From Patescibacteria group bacterium (lineage in GTDB: Bacteria > Patescibacteriota > Patescibacteriia > JAHIZJ01): a DNA stretch of 64,000 nucleotides. The position numbers were made by a program, and so were the translations under genes. The DNA is taken from assembly GCA_041650335.1 (NCBI GenBank), contig JBAZLK010000005.1:10580-74579 (forward strand), written 5' to 3'. Of the stretch, positions 35,895-44,968 are shown piece after piece (the stretch's first letter is position 1; the number at the start of each line of letters is the position of its first letter). The notes under the pieces were generated by a model. The model did no database searches. It saw only the letters and a list, made by a program, of their open reading frames with translations, and had not been told where the DNA came from.

Positions 35895-37102
35895 TGGCGG
35901 AGGATTGCTTTCAAGGTTGAAATAAAGTAGTCGATTTCTTTTTTTGTGTTGTATACCGAAACGCTGATTCTGGTGGTAGCGGGCAATTTCAGTTTTCGGT
36001 GGAGAAGCTGGGCGCAATGATGGCCGGCGCGGACACAGATGCCGTAATTGTCGAACAGCGTCGCTAAATCATGCGGATGCATATTTGTGACTTGAAAACT
36101 GATCGCGCCAGAACGGAAACGTGGATCCGGTCCGCAGATTCGCACTTGCGGCAGGCGGGATAAACGGCGATACGCATGAGCGACAAGCGACTGTTCGTGC
36201 CGGCGAATATTTTTTATACCGATTTTTTCAAGATACTCAATGGCTGCGCCAAGTCCGGCCACCTGGGCCAAGGCCTGCGTGCCAGCTTCGAATTTCCACG
36301 GCGCTGGTTTGAAGGTCGAGTGCGTCCAGTGCACCTCCTCAATCATGTCACCGCCGGCCTGATAGGGCGTCATTTCGAGATCGCGACCCTTCTTAATGTA
36401 GAGCACGCCCACGCCGGTTGGCCCGAGCATTTTATGGCTCGAAAAGGCGAAAAAATCCGGGTCGATCGCTTTCAGGTTAACGGGGAGATGCGGCACGCTC
36501 TGAGCGGCGTCGATGAGCACGGGAATATTGCGTCGGTGGGCGGCGCGAACGATTTTCTCAACGGGATTGATCGTACCGAGCACGTTCGAAACATGAACCA
36601 GGGACAAGAAACGCACACCGCGGAGCAGGGCCGGGAAGTTTTTCAGTGCCAACTTTCCCTGACGATCGATCGGCCAATACTTCAGCGTTAATCCTTTTTC
36701 CTGGGCGAGTAGTTGCCAGGGAACAATATTTGCATGATGCTCCATCTCAGTCAACAAGACGGTGTCACCGCGACGGAGATTCTTCTTTGCCCAGGCCTGA
36801 ACGACCAAATTGATGCCCTCGGTCGTCCCGCGAGTGAACACAATCGTCTCCGGACTGGACGCGTGGATAAACTTCGCCACTGTTGTCCGGACGCGTTCAT
36901 ACGCCCCGGTCGCGACATCGGCTAAGGCATAGGTGCCGCGGTGGGGGTTGGCGTTTTTTTGCTCGTACCAATCCTGTTCCGCGCGAATGACAGCCGCGGG
37001 TTTTTGGCTTGTCGCGGCGGAATCAAGATAGACAAACGGTTTCCGGCCGGTTTTTGCCTTCGTGAGGATGGGAAAATCTTTTCGATAGCGTGTGAAATTC
37101 AT
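35867..37102 (-). CDS. sufS: Cysteine desulfurase SufS (class V aminotransferase)
   Basis: SSHKMLGPTGVGVLY PLP-lysine motif and a C-terminal catalytic-Cys region (GHHCA). Confidence 0.88.
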   Translation of the reverse strand: MNFTRYRKDFPILTKAKTGRKPFVYLDSAATSQKPAAVIRAEQDWYEQKNANPHRGTYALADVATGAYERVRTTVAKFIHASSPETIVFTRGTTEGINLVVQAWAKKNLRRGDTVLLTEMEHHANIVPWQLLAQEKGLTLKYWPIDRQGKLALKNFPALLRGVRFLSLVHVSNVLGTINPVEKIVRAAHRRNIPVLIDAAQSVPHLPVNLKAIDPDFFAFSSHKMLGPTGVGVLYIKKGRDLEMTPYQAGGDMIEEVHWTHSTFKPAPWKFEAGTQALAQVAGLGAAIEYLEKIGIKNIRRHEQSLVAHAYRRLSRLPQVRICGPDPRFRSGAISFQVTNMHPHDLATLFDNYGICVRAGHHCAQLLHRKLKLPATTRISVSVYNTKKEIDYFISTLKAILRQWSRPTTSS

Positions 37103-38100
37103 AAAAATGCAGTCAGTGATTGACGATAGTATTGAGCCAAAGCGTGGTTATTCATCTGTCCCGCTAAATCCGTAAAGAAACCTTTGGTCAGGAGATGTTC
37201 GGTCTGGCTAAGCGTCAGACCACGCGACGCGCAATAGTAGAGCTGGTCGGACGAAAACTGGCCGACCGTCGCATTGTGCCAGACGCGAACGTCGTGATGA
37301 AGAATTTCAAGATTCGGAACAGCTTTAGCTTCAGCCTCTGCTGATAAGAGTAGCACATCCTCGCGTAAAAATGAATTCGTTTTTTGTGCCCGTTTCCCGA
37401 CGGTTATCCAGCCGGGTGCGTGCAACGAGGCGTGATCGCGAACAATCGCTTTCAGATGAATTTGGCCGTTTGTCTTTGGTCCGGCGTGCGCGTGTTGAAG
37501 CTCAACGAAGGTTTGACTATGCTGGGAGCAAAGGAGCGCCAGCCGCATGTTGCTAACACTGCGGGAGCCAGCTAATTGTGTGGCCACGCGTACTGCGTGC
37601 GTCTTGGTGCCATGAAGAAAACCGGCGAACTCAAAGGCTGCGTCAGTCTCGACAATGGCAGTATAGCGCACATCTTTTGCGAGAGCGGAACGCTGGGTAA
37701 GTCCGCACGAAAAATGAGAACGCGTTCGGGCAATCACGTGCGTCGTCTGTTCCCCGATCGTTGTTGACGTTCCGCGGGTATCGAACAAGGTGATATTACT
37801 GTTTGGCTCGGCAATAAAAAAGACGGCTGGGAAATAAGCGGCCGCGCCCTGGCTGAACCGAATTGTATACGGACGACCAGAAGGAAAGACGGCAATATAC
37901 CCAGAGCGCAGGACGTTTTTTGCCAGTGGCGTGTTTCTTGCGCTTCGTTCACAATCACGTTGAACTGACAGTGGCGCCAGTATGAACGGAAAAAAACGTA
38001 CCCCCGCTAATAATAACTGCCGGGCGTCAGAAAAACTTGAGATAAATTGTGCGATCGTGTGTCGCATGTTAGCCGACAGAGCCGGACAGCTCCATTTCAA
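37099..38100 (-). CDS. sufD: Fe-S cluster assembly protein SufD
   Basis: SufB/D family C-terminal block QFSSDQLYYCASRGLT. Position between sufB and sufS. Confidence 0.8.
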   Translation of the reverse strand: MKWSCPALSANMRHTIAQFISSFSDARQLLLAGVRFFPFILAPLSVQRDCERSARNTPLAKNVLRSGYIAVFPSGRPYTIRFSQGAAAYFPAVFFIAEPNSNITLFDTRGTSTTIGEQTTHVIARTRSHFSCGLTQRSALAKDVRYTAIVETDAAFEFAGFLHGTKTHAVRVATQLAGSRSVSNMRLALLCSQHSQTFVELQHAHAGPKTNGQIHLKAIVRDHASLHAPGWITVGKRAQKTNSFLREDVLLLSAEAEAKAVPNLEILHHDVRVWHNATVGQFSSDQLYYCASRGLTLSQTEHLLTKGFFTDLAGQMNNHALAQYYRQSLTAFL

Positions 38101-39460
38101 TAAGACGATTTAATTCGACTGCGTATTCCATGGGCAATTCTTTGGCAAAGGCGTCGAGGAAGCCGACCACGACCATCCGTTCCGCGTCAGCCCGGGTCAA
38201 GCCACGACTTTCAAGATAGAATAACTGTTCTTCGCTGATTTTTGACACGGTCGCTTCGTGTTCGACGCGGGCAGTCGAATTCTTGATTGCCAGCGTCGGA
38301 TAAGTATCGGAACGCGAACGCGCATCGACCAGTAAAGCGTCGCAGCGGACCTTGACGCGACAATTAGTAGCTTGTGGAACAACTCTGACCAGGCCGCGGT
38401 ATGAGGTCCGGCCGCCATGATGGGCGATCGACTTTGAAACGATATTTGAATGCGTATCGGGCGCGAGGTGCAGCACTTTCGCCCCAGCGTCCTGATGCTG
38501 GCCCTTTCCGGCCAAGGCGATCGAGAGAATGTCGGCTCGGGCGCCGCGTCCTTTGAGGAACACGGCCGGATATTTCATGGTAGTTCTTGAGCCGAGATTG
38601 CCGTCGACCCATTCAACCAGGGCATTTTCGTAAGCCACCGCCCGTTTGGTAACGAGATTATAAACATTTTGTGACCAGTTTTGGATCGTGGTGTAGCGGA
38701 TCCGGGAACGCGGTAGGGCGATCACTTCGACGACCGCGGCATGAAGCGACTGTTTTGAGTACAACGGCGCGGTGCAGCCCTCGATGTAGTGGACCGAGGA
38801 GTCTTCGTCGGCAATGATCAGGGTCCGCTCAAACTGTCCGATCGACGGAGCGTTGATGCGAAAATAGGCCTGGAGCGGGAGGTCGACATGAACACCCTTC
38901 GGAATGTAAATAAACGAACCGCCGGACCAGACGGCTGAATTCAAGGCCGAGAACTTGTTGTCGGCGATTGGAACAACGGCACCAAAATACTTTTTCACGA
39001 GCTCCGGGTAGAGTCGGGGCGCCTCGGACATGTCGCAGAAAACAACGCCGAGCTTTGTCCACTGATCCTTCAGATGATGGTAGATCATTTCGGATTCATA
39101 CTGTGCTCCCGCCCCGGCCAGAAATTTCCGTTCTGCCTCGGGGACGCCCAGGCGGTCAAAGGTTTTTTTGATCCGCCGAGGAACGGTCTTCCAGGAGACC
39201 GAGGGCTGATCAGTCGGTTTCCAGTAGTAGGTAATATTGTCGAAATCAAGCTCAGACAAATCAGCGCCCCAGGTCGGGAGCGATTTGGCGCGGAAATAGC
39301 GCAGGGCTTCCAAACGTTTCGCCAGCATCCAGGCCGGCTCATTTTTGAGGCGCGATATTTCCCTCACGACCGCCGAGGACAGTCCGCGCGGAGTTTTATA
39401 TACATAAACAGAGGGGTCGCGAAAAGACTGATCTGTTTTTCGAAATGAGGTTGCGTTCAT
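38069..39460 (-). CDS. sufB: Fe-S cluster assembly protein SufB
   Basis: Large SufB/D family protein with ISEEQLFYLESRGLTRADAERMVV. Confidence 0.88.
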   Translation of the reverse strand: MNATSFRKTDQSFRDPSVYVYKTPRGLSSAVVREISRLKNEPAWMLAKRLEALRYFRAKSLPTWGADLSELDFDNITYYWKPTDQPSVSWKTVPRRIKKTFDRLGVPEAERKFLAGAGAQYESEMIYHHLKDQWTKLGVVFCDMSEAPRLYPELVKKYFGAVVPIADNKFSALNSAVWSGGSFIYIPKGVHVDLPLQAYFRINAPSIGQFERTLIIADEDSSVHYIEGCTAPLYSKQSLHAAVVEVIALPRSRIRYTTIQNWSQNVYNLVTKRAVAYENALVEWVDGNLGSRTTMKYPAVFLKGRGARADILSIALAGKGQHQDAGAKVLHLAPDTHSNIVSKSIAHHGGRTSYRGLVRVVPQATNCRVKVRCDALLVDARSRSDTYPTLAIKNSTARVEHEATVSKISEEQLFYLESRGLTRADAERMVVVGFLDAFAKELPMEYAVELNRLIEMELSGSVG

Positions 39461-40203
39461 GCGGCAGCGGTTAACCAGTCATAGCCGCGGCGTTCCAGAA
39501 GACTGACTAGGCGCCGATCGCCTGAGCGAACGAGCGTACCCCGGAGCAGGACGTGAACGCGATCCGGCTTCACATACGACAATAAACGCTGATAGTGGGT
39601 GATGATCAGAAAACCAGTTCCGCGTTTGGCGGCCTGATTGATGCCGCGAGCGATGTAGCGGAGGGCGTCAATATCGAGTCCGGAGTCAGCTTCATCGAGA
39701 ATGGCGATTTTCGGCCGGAGAACGAGCAGCTGGAGCAACTCGACCTTTTTCTTTTCGCCGCCGGAAAATCCTTCGTTCACCGACCGTTCTAAAAACTTTT
39801 TTGGGAGACGCAAGTCTTTCAGGGCTTGGTCGATTCTGGTGTCGAGCTCGGTTTGATTTATTTTTCCGTGACCTTGCGCCTGGGCGGCAGTCAGAAGAAA
39901 TTCGAGCAGGTTCACGCCGGGCAGTTCAAGAGGGTATTGGAAACCCAGAAACAGCCCCAGCCGCGAGCGCTCCCACGGTTTTAATCGCAAGATGTCTTTA
40001 CCTTGCCAGACCACGCGGCCGCTTTGGACCTGGCTCTCAGGATGTCCCATTAAAGTATTGGCCAAGGTTGATTTTCCAGAACCATTCGGGCCCATCAAAG
40101 CGACAATCTGGCCAGGGCGGATGCGTAGATTGATATCATGAAGGATGCGCTTATTGCCGGTTGCGGCGGATAAGCCTTGAATGGTAAATGTCGCGACAGC
40201 CAT
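39457..40203 (-). CDS. sufC: Fe-S cluster assembly ATPase SufC
   Basis: Walker A GPNGSGKSTLANTLMGHP and an ABC signature. Confidence 0.9.
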   Translation of the reverse strand: MAVATFTIQGLSAATGNKRILHDINLRIRPGQIVALMGPNGSGKSTLANTLMGHPESQVQSGRVVWQGKDILRLKPWERSRLGLFLGFQYPLELPGVNLLEFLLTAAQAQGHGKINQTELDTRIDQALKDLRLPKKFLERSVNEGFSGGEKKKVELLQLLVLRPKIAILDEADSGLDIDALRYIARGINQAAKRGTGFLIITHYQRLLSYVKPDRVHVLLRGTLVRSGDRRLVSLLERRGYDWLTAAA

Positions 40204-40205
40204 GT

Positions 40206-40619
40206 TTATGAATGCTGAATAAGTTGTGAGAGGGTAATCTTATTGAGCGCCTGGTCAAGGGCGGACTGGACCTTTTGCCAAGCGGTTTTTGACGGACAGC
40301 GATGTTCCAACGGGCACGAGGCGGTCAGGCAATCAACCACCCGCGGCTGGTTTGAGAGCAGATTGGTAACATCAAGCAGGGTCAGGCGTTTCGGATCCTT
40401 GATAAAACGGTAGCCGCCGTTGCGTCCGCGCTGGCTCGAGATCCAGCGCGCCTTCCGAAACGGCACGATCAGCTGTTCCAGGTATTTCAGGGAAATATTT
40501 TCGTGTCGGCCGATATCGGCCAGCGTAACCGGCTGTTTTGTCCGGTAGGTTTGGGCTAGCCACAAAGCGAGGCGGAGACCGTAATGTTCGCGAGTTGAGA
40601 TTTTGCCGAAATAGGCCAT
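40206..40619 (-). CDS. Rrf2 family transcriptional regulator (IscR/SufR-like) with Cys cluster ligands
   Basis: The HTH N-terminus MAYFGKISTREHYGLRLALWLA and CLTASCPLEHRC. Confidence 0.8.
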   Translation of the reverse strand: MAYFGKISTREHYGLRLALWLAQTYRTKQPVTLADIGRHENISLKYLEQLIVPFRKARWISSQRGRNGGYRFIKDPKRLTLLDVTNLLSNQPRVVDCLTASCPLEHRCPSKTAWQKVQSALDQALNKITLSQLIQHS

Positions 40620-40731
40620 TTCTATATTCCTAGTAATATAGTAGGATTATAGAGAATAATGATATTTCTGTCAATTCAGTCTGTCATCCTGAACTTGTTT
40701 CAGGATCTCAATATGCAAGATAGGGCGTTCG

Positions 40732-40758
40732 CCCCTTTTCTTTTGAAAAGAAAAGGGG
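40732..40758. repeat. 12-bp perfect inverted repeat ccccttttcttt / aaagaaaagggg with a 3-nt spacer
   Basis: Seen directly, in a ~400 nt non-coding region. Confidence 0.8.
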
Positions 40759-40828
40759 CAGAAAAGAAACGCCGCCCGTGCTTCGTCAGTGGGAAAAATG
40801 GCTTCATCGTCGCTGACGACTCGAACTC

Positions 40829-40866
40829 GCCCCGCCCTACAGAAGTTTTTTGGTATAGGGCGGGGC
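40829..40866. repeat. 11-bp perfect GC-rich inverted repeat gccccgcccta / tagggcggggc with a 16-nt loop
   Basis: Seen directly. The loop contains a tttttt run. Confidence 0.8.
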
Positions 40867-41022
40867 TCAAACAACGAGATCGTCTGCTCTGCCAACCGGC
40901 CGAGCACTGCTCCTCTTCGCCTATTTTTCCTCTCACTGACTTCGCAACGGGCGGACACGATGATATAACTTTATTCGACAACTCGTAATAATATTGGCAT
41001 AATTGTTATATATACAAAAAAC

Positions 41023-41469
41023 ATGAGAATAAAAAGGATTTTTAGTACCATTACCAAGGTTATCATCTGGTCCTTTGTGATTGTGGTTCTTTTTTATATT
41101 ATGATTAAATTTGCAATTCCTGATTTAAAAACATGGTTAGATGTGTTAATAAAATACTTATTGATAATACTAAGCGTTATTGCATACGTTTGGTCATCAT
41201 TTCAACTTGGTTGGAATATTAAATATGACTGGACGGAAGAAAACAACAAATCATTACGTAGCAGGCTGTTATTGACAGGAAAAATAATATTTACGATGTG
41301 TTATATGGGATTAATTGTATCAATCCCATTATTTTTATTCGGTGCATGTGTTGGCAACGAAGGTGAAATGCCTGTTTGTTTTGGTGGCCAATTAAATATT
41401 TATTTTATATTTATAATTGCAGTTATAATTATTGAATTAGGTTTTTATGCTAATGGAAAAAAAGAATAA
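41023..41469 (+). CDS. small hypothetical integral membrane protein (AT-rich, ~27% GC)
   Basis: 148 aa with 4 hydrophobic segments. Strong compositional deviation from flanking genes. No homolog recognised. Confidence 0.45.
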   Translation: MRIKRIFSTITKVIIWSFVIVVLFYIMIKFAIPDLKTWLDVLIKYLLIILSVIAYVWSSFQLGWNIKYDWTEENNKSLRSRLLLTGKIIFTMCYMGLIVSIPLFLFGACVGNEGEMPVCFGGQLNIYFIFIIAVIIIELGFYANGKKE

Positions 41470-41599
41470 CTATACCTAGATAAAAATTAAGCCCATATTA
41501 GTACAAATAATGGATATCAACACATTTAATAGGATTATAAATGTTATAATAATATTGACATGTGTATACACGCATGGTAAGAAGATAACCTAAAACCCT

Positions 41600-41640
41600 C
41601 GTTGGCCGAGGGTCTAGGTAAAAGGTTAACCTTTGTTTGG
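41600..41640 (+). terminator. rho-independent terminator-like hairpins (ccctcg-ttggc-cgaggg; ggccgt-10nt-acggcc + tgcttttta)
   Basis: Two GC stems, the second followed by a T-run, downstream of the AT-rich ORF. Confidence 0.45.
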
Positions 41641-41967
41641 TTGGGTGGGCCGTTCCAAATGGTACGGCCTGCTTTTTATAAGAGCGATTTTAATAAACCG
41701 TTCTTCTAAAGGCAGGTAGAGCCATCCATTGCCAAGATTCTTGGCATAGTGGCGTGTTCCATCTGGAAAAATAACCCATTTATGATCTTTTAAAATCACA
41801 TAGGTTTTCTCCCTGCTTAAGCAGATCTTAGGATTGTCCGCCGTGCCGATACGGGTCCAGGGAATGCTTAAGCAAAACCCACCAAATTTGACCAGACACC
41901 GACAAAAAAAGCCGATGATAGGCCAATAAATATTTTAGGCACGATTGAAAAAAATAGCAAGTCCTTA

Positions 41968-41996
41968 CTCGACACAAGTGTGCATAACTGTCATAA
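41968..41996 (+). promoter_or_regulatory. candidate glyA promoter (TCGACA-17-CATAAT), short leader
   Basis: Hexamers seen about 10 nt upstream of the glyA ATG. Confidence 0.35.
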
Positions 41997-42006
41997 TTAC
42001 CCCGCC

Positions 42007-43260
42007 ATGACAAACTATTTAGAACTCCTAAACAATCGTGATCCGGAAGTTGCCCAAGCCATCCGCGCTGAGCTTGAACGCCAGCGCAACGGACTGGAAC
42101 TGATTCCGTCCGAGAATTTTGTTTCCATTGCCGTGCTTGAGGCGCTTGGGTCGGTACTGACGAATAAATACTCTGAGGGCTATCCGGGCAATCGCTATTA
42201 CGGCGGTACGCAAAACGTTGACGTGGTGGAACAGCTGGCAATTGACCGGGCGAAAAAGCTTTTTGGCGCTGAACACGTGAATGTCCAGCCACTCTCAGGC
42301 GCGCCGGCCAACATCGCCGTGTACTCGGCCCTCCTGGAGCCAGGCGACACGGTGTTGGGCATGGATTTATCGCACGGTGGGCATTTGACGCATGGCCACC
42401 CGGTCACCTGGATGGCAAAGATATTTCCGTTTATCCGGTATAAAACAACGCCCGAAGGATTAATCGATTACGACCAGGTCCGGCAGATGGCGCGCGAGCA
42501 CAAACCGAAACTTATCCTCGCGGGCTACTCAGCCTATTCGCGTGAGATTGATTATGCAAAGTTTAAAGAAATTGCTGACGAGGTCGGCGCCTACACGATG
42601 GCGGATATTGCGCATATTGCCGGCCTGATCGCGGCTGGCGAGATGAATAATCCCGTGCCGCTGTTTGATGTCGTGACGACAACCACGCATAAAACGCTGC
42701 GCGGCCCGCGTGGCGGCATGATCATGTGCACGAAGAAACTGGCCAAGAAAATCGATAAAGCGGTCTTTCCGGGATTCCAGGGCGGTCCGCACGAACACAA
42801 TATCGCGGCCAAGGCCGTGGCGTTCGGTGAAGCGCTCCAGCCGGAATTTAAAGTTTACGCGAAACAGATAAAGGCGAATGCCCAGGCGCTCTGTGACGCC
42901 CTCCAGGCGGGCGGTTTGAAAATAATGTTCGGCGGCACTGAAAACCATCTCGTCTTGGCGGACGTAACCCCGCTCGGCTTAGCTGGGCGCGAAGCGCAGG
43001 AACTTCTTGATTCGGTCAACATTACGTTGAATAAAAATATGATCCCTGACGATCCGCGCAAGCCCATGGACCCGTCGGGCATCCGTTTGGGTTCCCCGGC
43101 GTTGACGACCCGAGGCATGACGCCACCCGACCTGAAGAAAATCGGCGAGACCATCGTTCAGTTGTTGAAAAACAAAGACTCAACGGCGAAACAAGAAGAG
43201 GTGCGCCAGACAGTCGCCGAACTCACCCAGCGGTATCCCTTATATCCAGAACTCGGCTAA
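42007..43260 (+). CDS. glyA: Serine hydroxymethyltransferase
   Basis: [11 protein letters not shown] and the PLP-binding [13 protein letters not shown] block. Start at MTNYLELL. Confidence 0.92.
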   Translation: MTNYLELLNNRDPEVAQAIRAELERQRNGLELIPSENFVSIAVLEALGSVLTNKYSEGYPGNRYYGGTQNVDVVEQLAIDRAKKLFGAEHVNVQPLSGAPANIAVYSALLEPGDTVLGMDLSHGGHLTHGHPVTWMAKIFPFIRYKTTPEGLIDYDQVRQMAREHKPKLILAGYSAYSREIDYAKFKEIADEVGAYTMADIAHIAGLIAAGEMNNPVPLFDVVTTTTHKTLRGPRGGMIMCTKKLAKKIDKAVFPGFQGGPHEHNIAAKAVAFGEALQPEFKVYAKQIKANAQALCDALQAGGLKIMFGGTENHLVLADVTPLGLAGREAQELLDSVNITLNKNMIPDDPRKPMDPSGIRLGSPALTTRGMTPPDLKKIGETIVQLLKNKDSTAKQEEVRQTVAELTQRYPLYPELG

Positions 43261-43262
43261 GC

Positions 43263-44081
43263 ATGAAAATAATAAACGGCCGGAAAATCGCCAAAACGCT
43301 TTTGACGCAGGTGCATGAACACATTGGACGGATGTCGCTGACGCCCGGACTGGCGATTGTGTTGGTCGGGGATGACCCAGCCTCACACCTATATGTACGG
43401 ATCAAGGAACGGGCCTGCCGCCAGGTCGGCCTGAAGTTTGAAAAAAAGGTATTTCCGGCCACGGCGGATGAAAATGAGATATTACGCACCATTCAACAAT
43501 TGAATACCAGGGCTGATATTCATGGAATCGTCGTCCAGCTTCCATTGCCAGAACAACTGAACGAAAATGCGATTATTTCGGCCATCAGTCCGCAGAAAGA
43601 TGTCGATGGATATCACCCAGAAACAATTCAAAGGCTCGTCGCGGGACAGCAAACGTTTATTCCTGCGCTCGCTCGAAGCATCCTCCTTCTGATTGAAAGC
43701 ACGGGTGTGCCGCTGGGTGGGAAGACAGTAGCGGTGATCGCAAATAGCAGCGAATTTTACCAGCCGCTTGAATACCTCATTCGCCAGCGGGGCGGTGCCA
43801 GCGTTTTTTGCGCCCCGACGAATTTCCGGGAAGCATGCCGAAACGCGGATATTGTCATTGTGGCGGTCGGCCAACCCGGAATTATTACGGCCGACGACAT
43901 AAAACCGAATGCGGTTGTTATAGATGTCGGCATTACCCGACAGCCCGAGGGTGTTGTCGGCGATGTCGACGCCACAACCCTGAAAAACGTCCCGGGCTTT
44001 CTCACCCCCGTGCCTGGCGGCGTCGGGCCAGTAACAGTTGCCTCGCTCCTGGCCAATACGGTCCAGGCGGCCGAACAATAA
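43263..44081 (+). CDS. folD: Bifunctional methylenetetrahydrofolate dehydrogenase/cyclohydrolase
   Basis: MKIINGRKIAKTLL...PGLAIVLVGDDPASHLYVRIKERAC and the Rossmann GxSxxxGxP region. Confidence 0.9.
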   Translation: MKIINGRKIAKTLLTQVHEHIGRMSLTPGLAIVLVGDDPASHLYVRIKERACRQVGLKFEKKVFPATADENEILRTIQQLNTRADIHGIVVQLPLPEQLNENAIISAISPQKDVDGYHPETIQRLVAGQQTFIPALARSILLLIESTGVPLGGKTVAVIANSSEFYQPLEYLIRQRGGASVFCAPTNFREACRNADIVIVAVGQPGIITADDIKPNAVVIDVGITRQPEGVVGDVDATTLKNVPGFLTPVPGGVGPVTVASLLANTVQAAEQ

Positions 44082-44085
44082 AAAA

Positions 44086-44116
44086 ACTACCCCCGAAAAA
44101 CGGAGGGAGTTTTTTA
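44086..44116. terminator. bidirectional terminator hairpin between folD and the convergent repeat protein
   Basis: actacccccgaaaaacggagggagtttttta. Confidence 0.5.
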
Positions 44117-44122
44117 TATATG

Positions 44123-44824
44123 TTAGACGTTGATATTGACGTTCCGTTTGGCGCCGGCCGTGGGATTGGTTGGGTCATATCCGTGCTGCACTTCGTCGTA
44201 ATCAGTGTAGCCGTCTCCGTCGGTATCTTTTTTATATGGGTCAGTGCCAATCCGTCGCTCGTTCACGTCCGTTAAACCGTCTTGGTCTGAATCAAGGTTT
44301 GCGTTGATATTGCTGTTCGTATTCTGATTGGTATTCGTATTCGTGTTGAAATTCACGTTGGTATTCCCGTTGGTGTTCGTATTTCCGTTGGTATTGCTGT
44401 TTATATTACCGTTGCCATTGGTGTTCGTGTTGAGGTTCGCGTTTTGATTGCCGTTCAGGTTCGTGTTCGTGTTAAAATTGAAATTCTGGTTGTTCAGATT
44501 CGTTTTATTTGCATTGCTATTTGCATTCTGATTGGTTGTATTCGTATTGGAATTGTTGGTATTTTTTGACGTCATGTTTTTCATGAGAAAGATGGCAGCC
44601 ACCACAATACCGGCGAGGACAACCAAAATAATCGCGCCGATGATAATATATTTCTTTCGGCCACCATTGCCTTCAGGGCCAGAGACGAGATTGCCGGAGG
44701 CGTCGATCGGCGGCGGCACAGGCGGTTGAGCTGATGGTGGCGACTGAGGAATTGAGGCGTAGGGATCGACTGGTTGATTTTGTGGCGTAGTCGGCGGAGA
44801 AATTGTGCCTGGATCGTCAAACAT
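44123..44824 (-). CDS. secreted/membrane-anchored low-complexity protein: Pro-rich N-terminus, TM anchor, Asn/Thr-rich repeats, C-terminal TSP type-3-like Ca-binding repeats
   Basis: NTNNSNTNTTNQNAN... tandem repeats, with DSDQDGLTDVNE...DTDGDGYTDYDE motifs at the C-terminus. Confidence 0.6.
   Translation of the reverse strand: MFDDPGTISPPTTPQNQPVDPYASIPQSPPSAQPPVPPPIDASGNLVSGPEGNGGRKKYIIIGAIILVVLAGIVVAAIFLMKNMTSKNTNNSNTNTTNQNANSNANKTNLNNQNFNFNTNTNLNGNQNANLNTNTNGNGNINSNTNGNTNTNGNTNVNFNTNTNTNQNTNSNINANLDSDQDGLTDVNERRIGTDPYKKDTDGDGYTDYDEVQHGYDPTNPTAGAKRNVNINV
44280..44560. repeat. coding tandem degenerate ~12-18 nt repeats (gttcgtattc/gttggtatt variants) encoding N-T-N repeats
   Basis: Seen directly. 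Confidence 0.7.
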
Positions 44825-44968
44825 AATTGGTGTTGATTAATAACTGTTATTAGTATAGCCCTTTTTGTTTTTCGGGGCAAATGGTAGAATTCAGGTAATA
44901 AAAATGGAAAATTCAAAAATAATAACAGTTGAACATCTTGTCTTTTGAACTGTAAATTCTAAATTATC

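Noticed and set aside
40811-40840. tRNA-like T-arm resemblance (gacgaCTCGAACtcgcc)
   Set aside because: The T-loop first position is C rather than U. The candidate stem has a mismatch. No plausible acceptor or D arm could be built around it.
40659-40988. Three mutually overlapping ORFs (109, 95, 93 aa) on both strands
   Set aside because: They are mutually exclusive, sit in a repeat/hairpin-dense region, and have implausible composition (poly-Arg/Gly). The region was treated as non-coding.
41828-42292. 154-aa minus-strand ORF
   Set aside because: It overlaps the well-supported glyA N-terminus on the opposite strand. It is an antisense artefact.
44280-44560. Tandem short DNA repeats, considered as a possible CRISPR or minisatellite
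   Set aside because: The repeats are degenerate and lie in-frame within a CDS, encoding Asn/Thr repeats. There is no repeat-spacer architecture and there are no cas genes.
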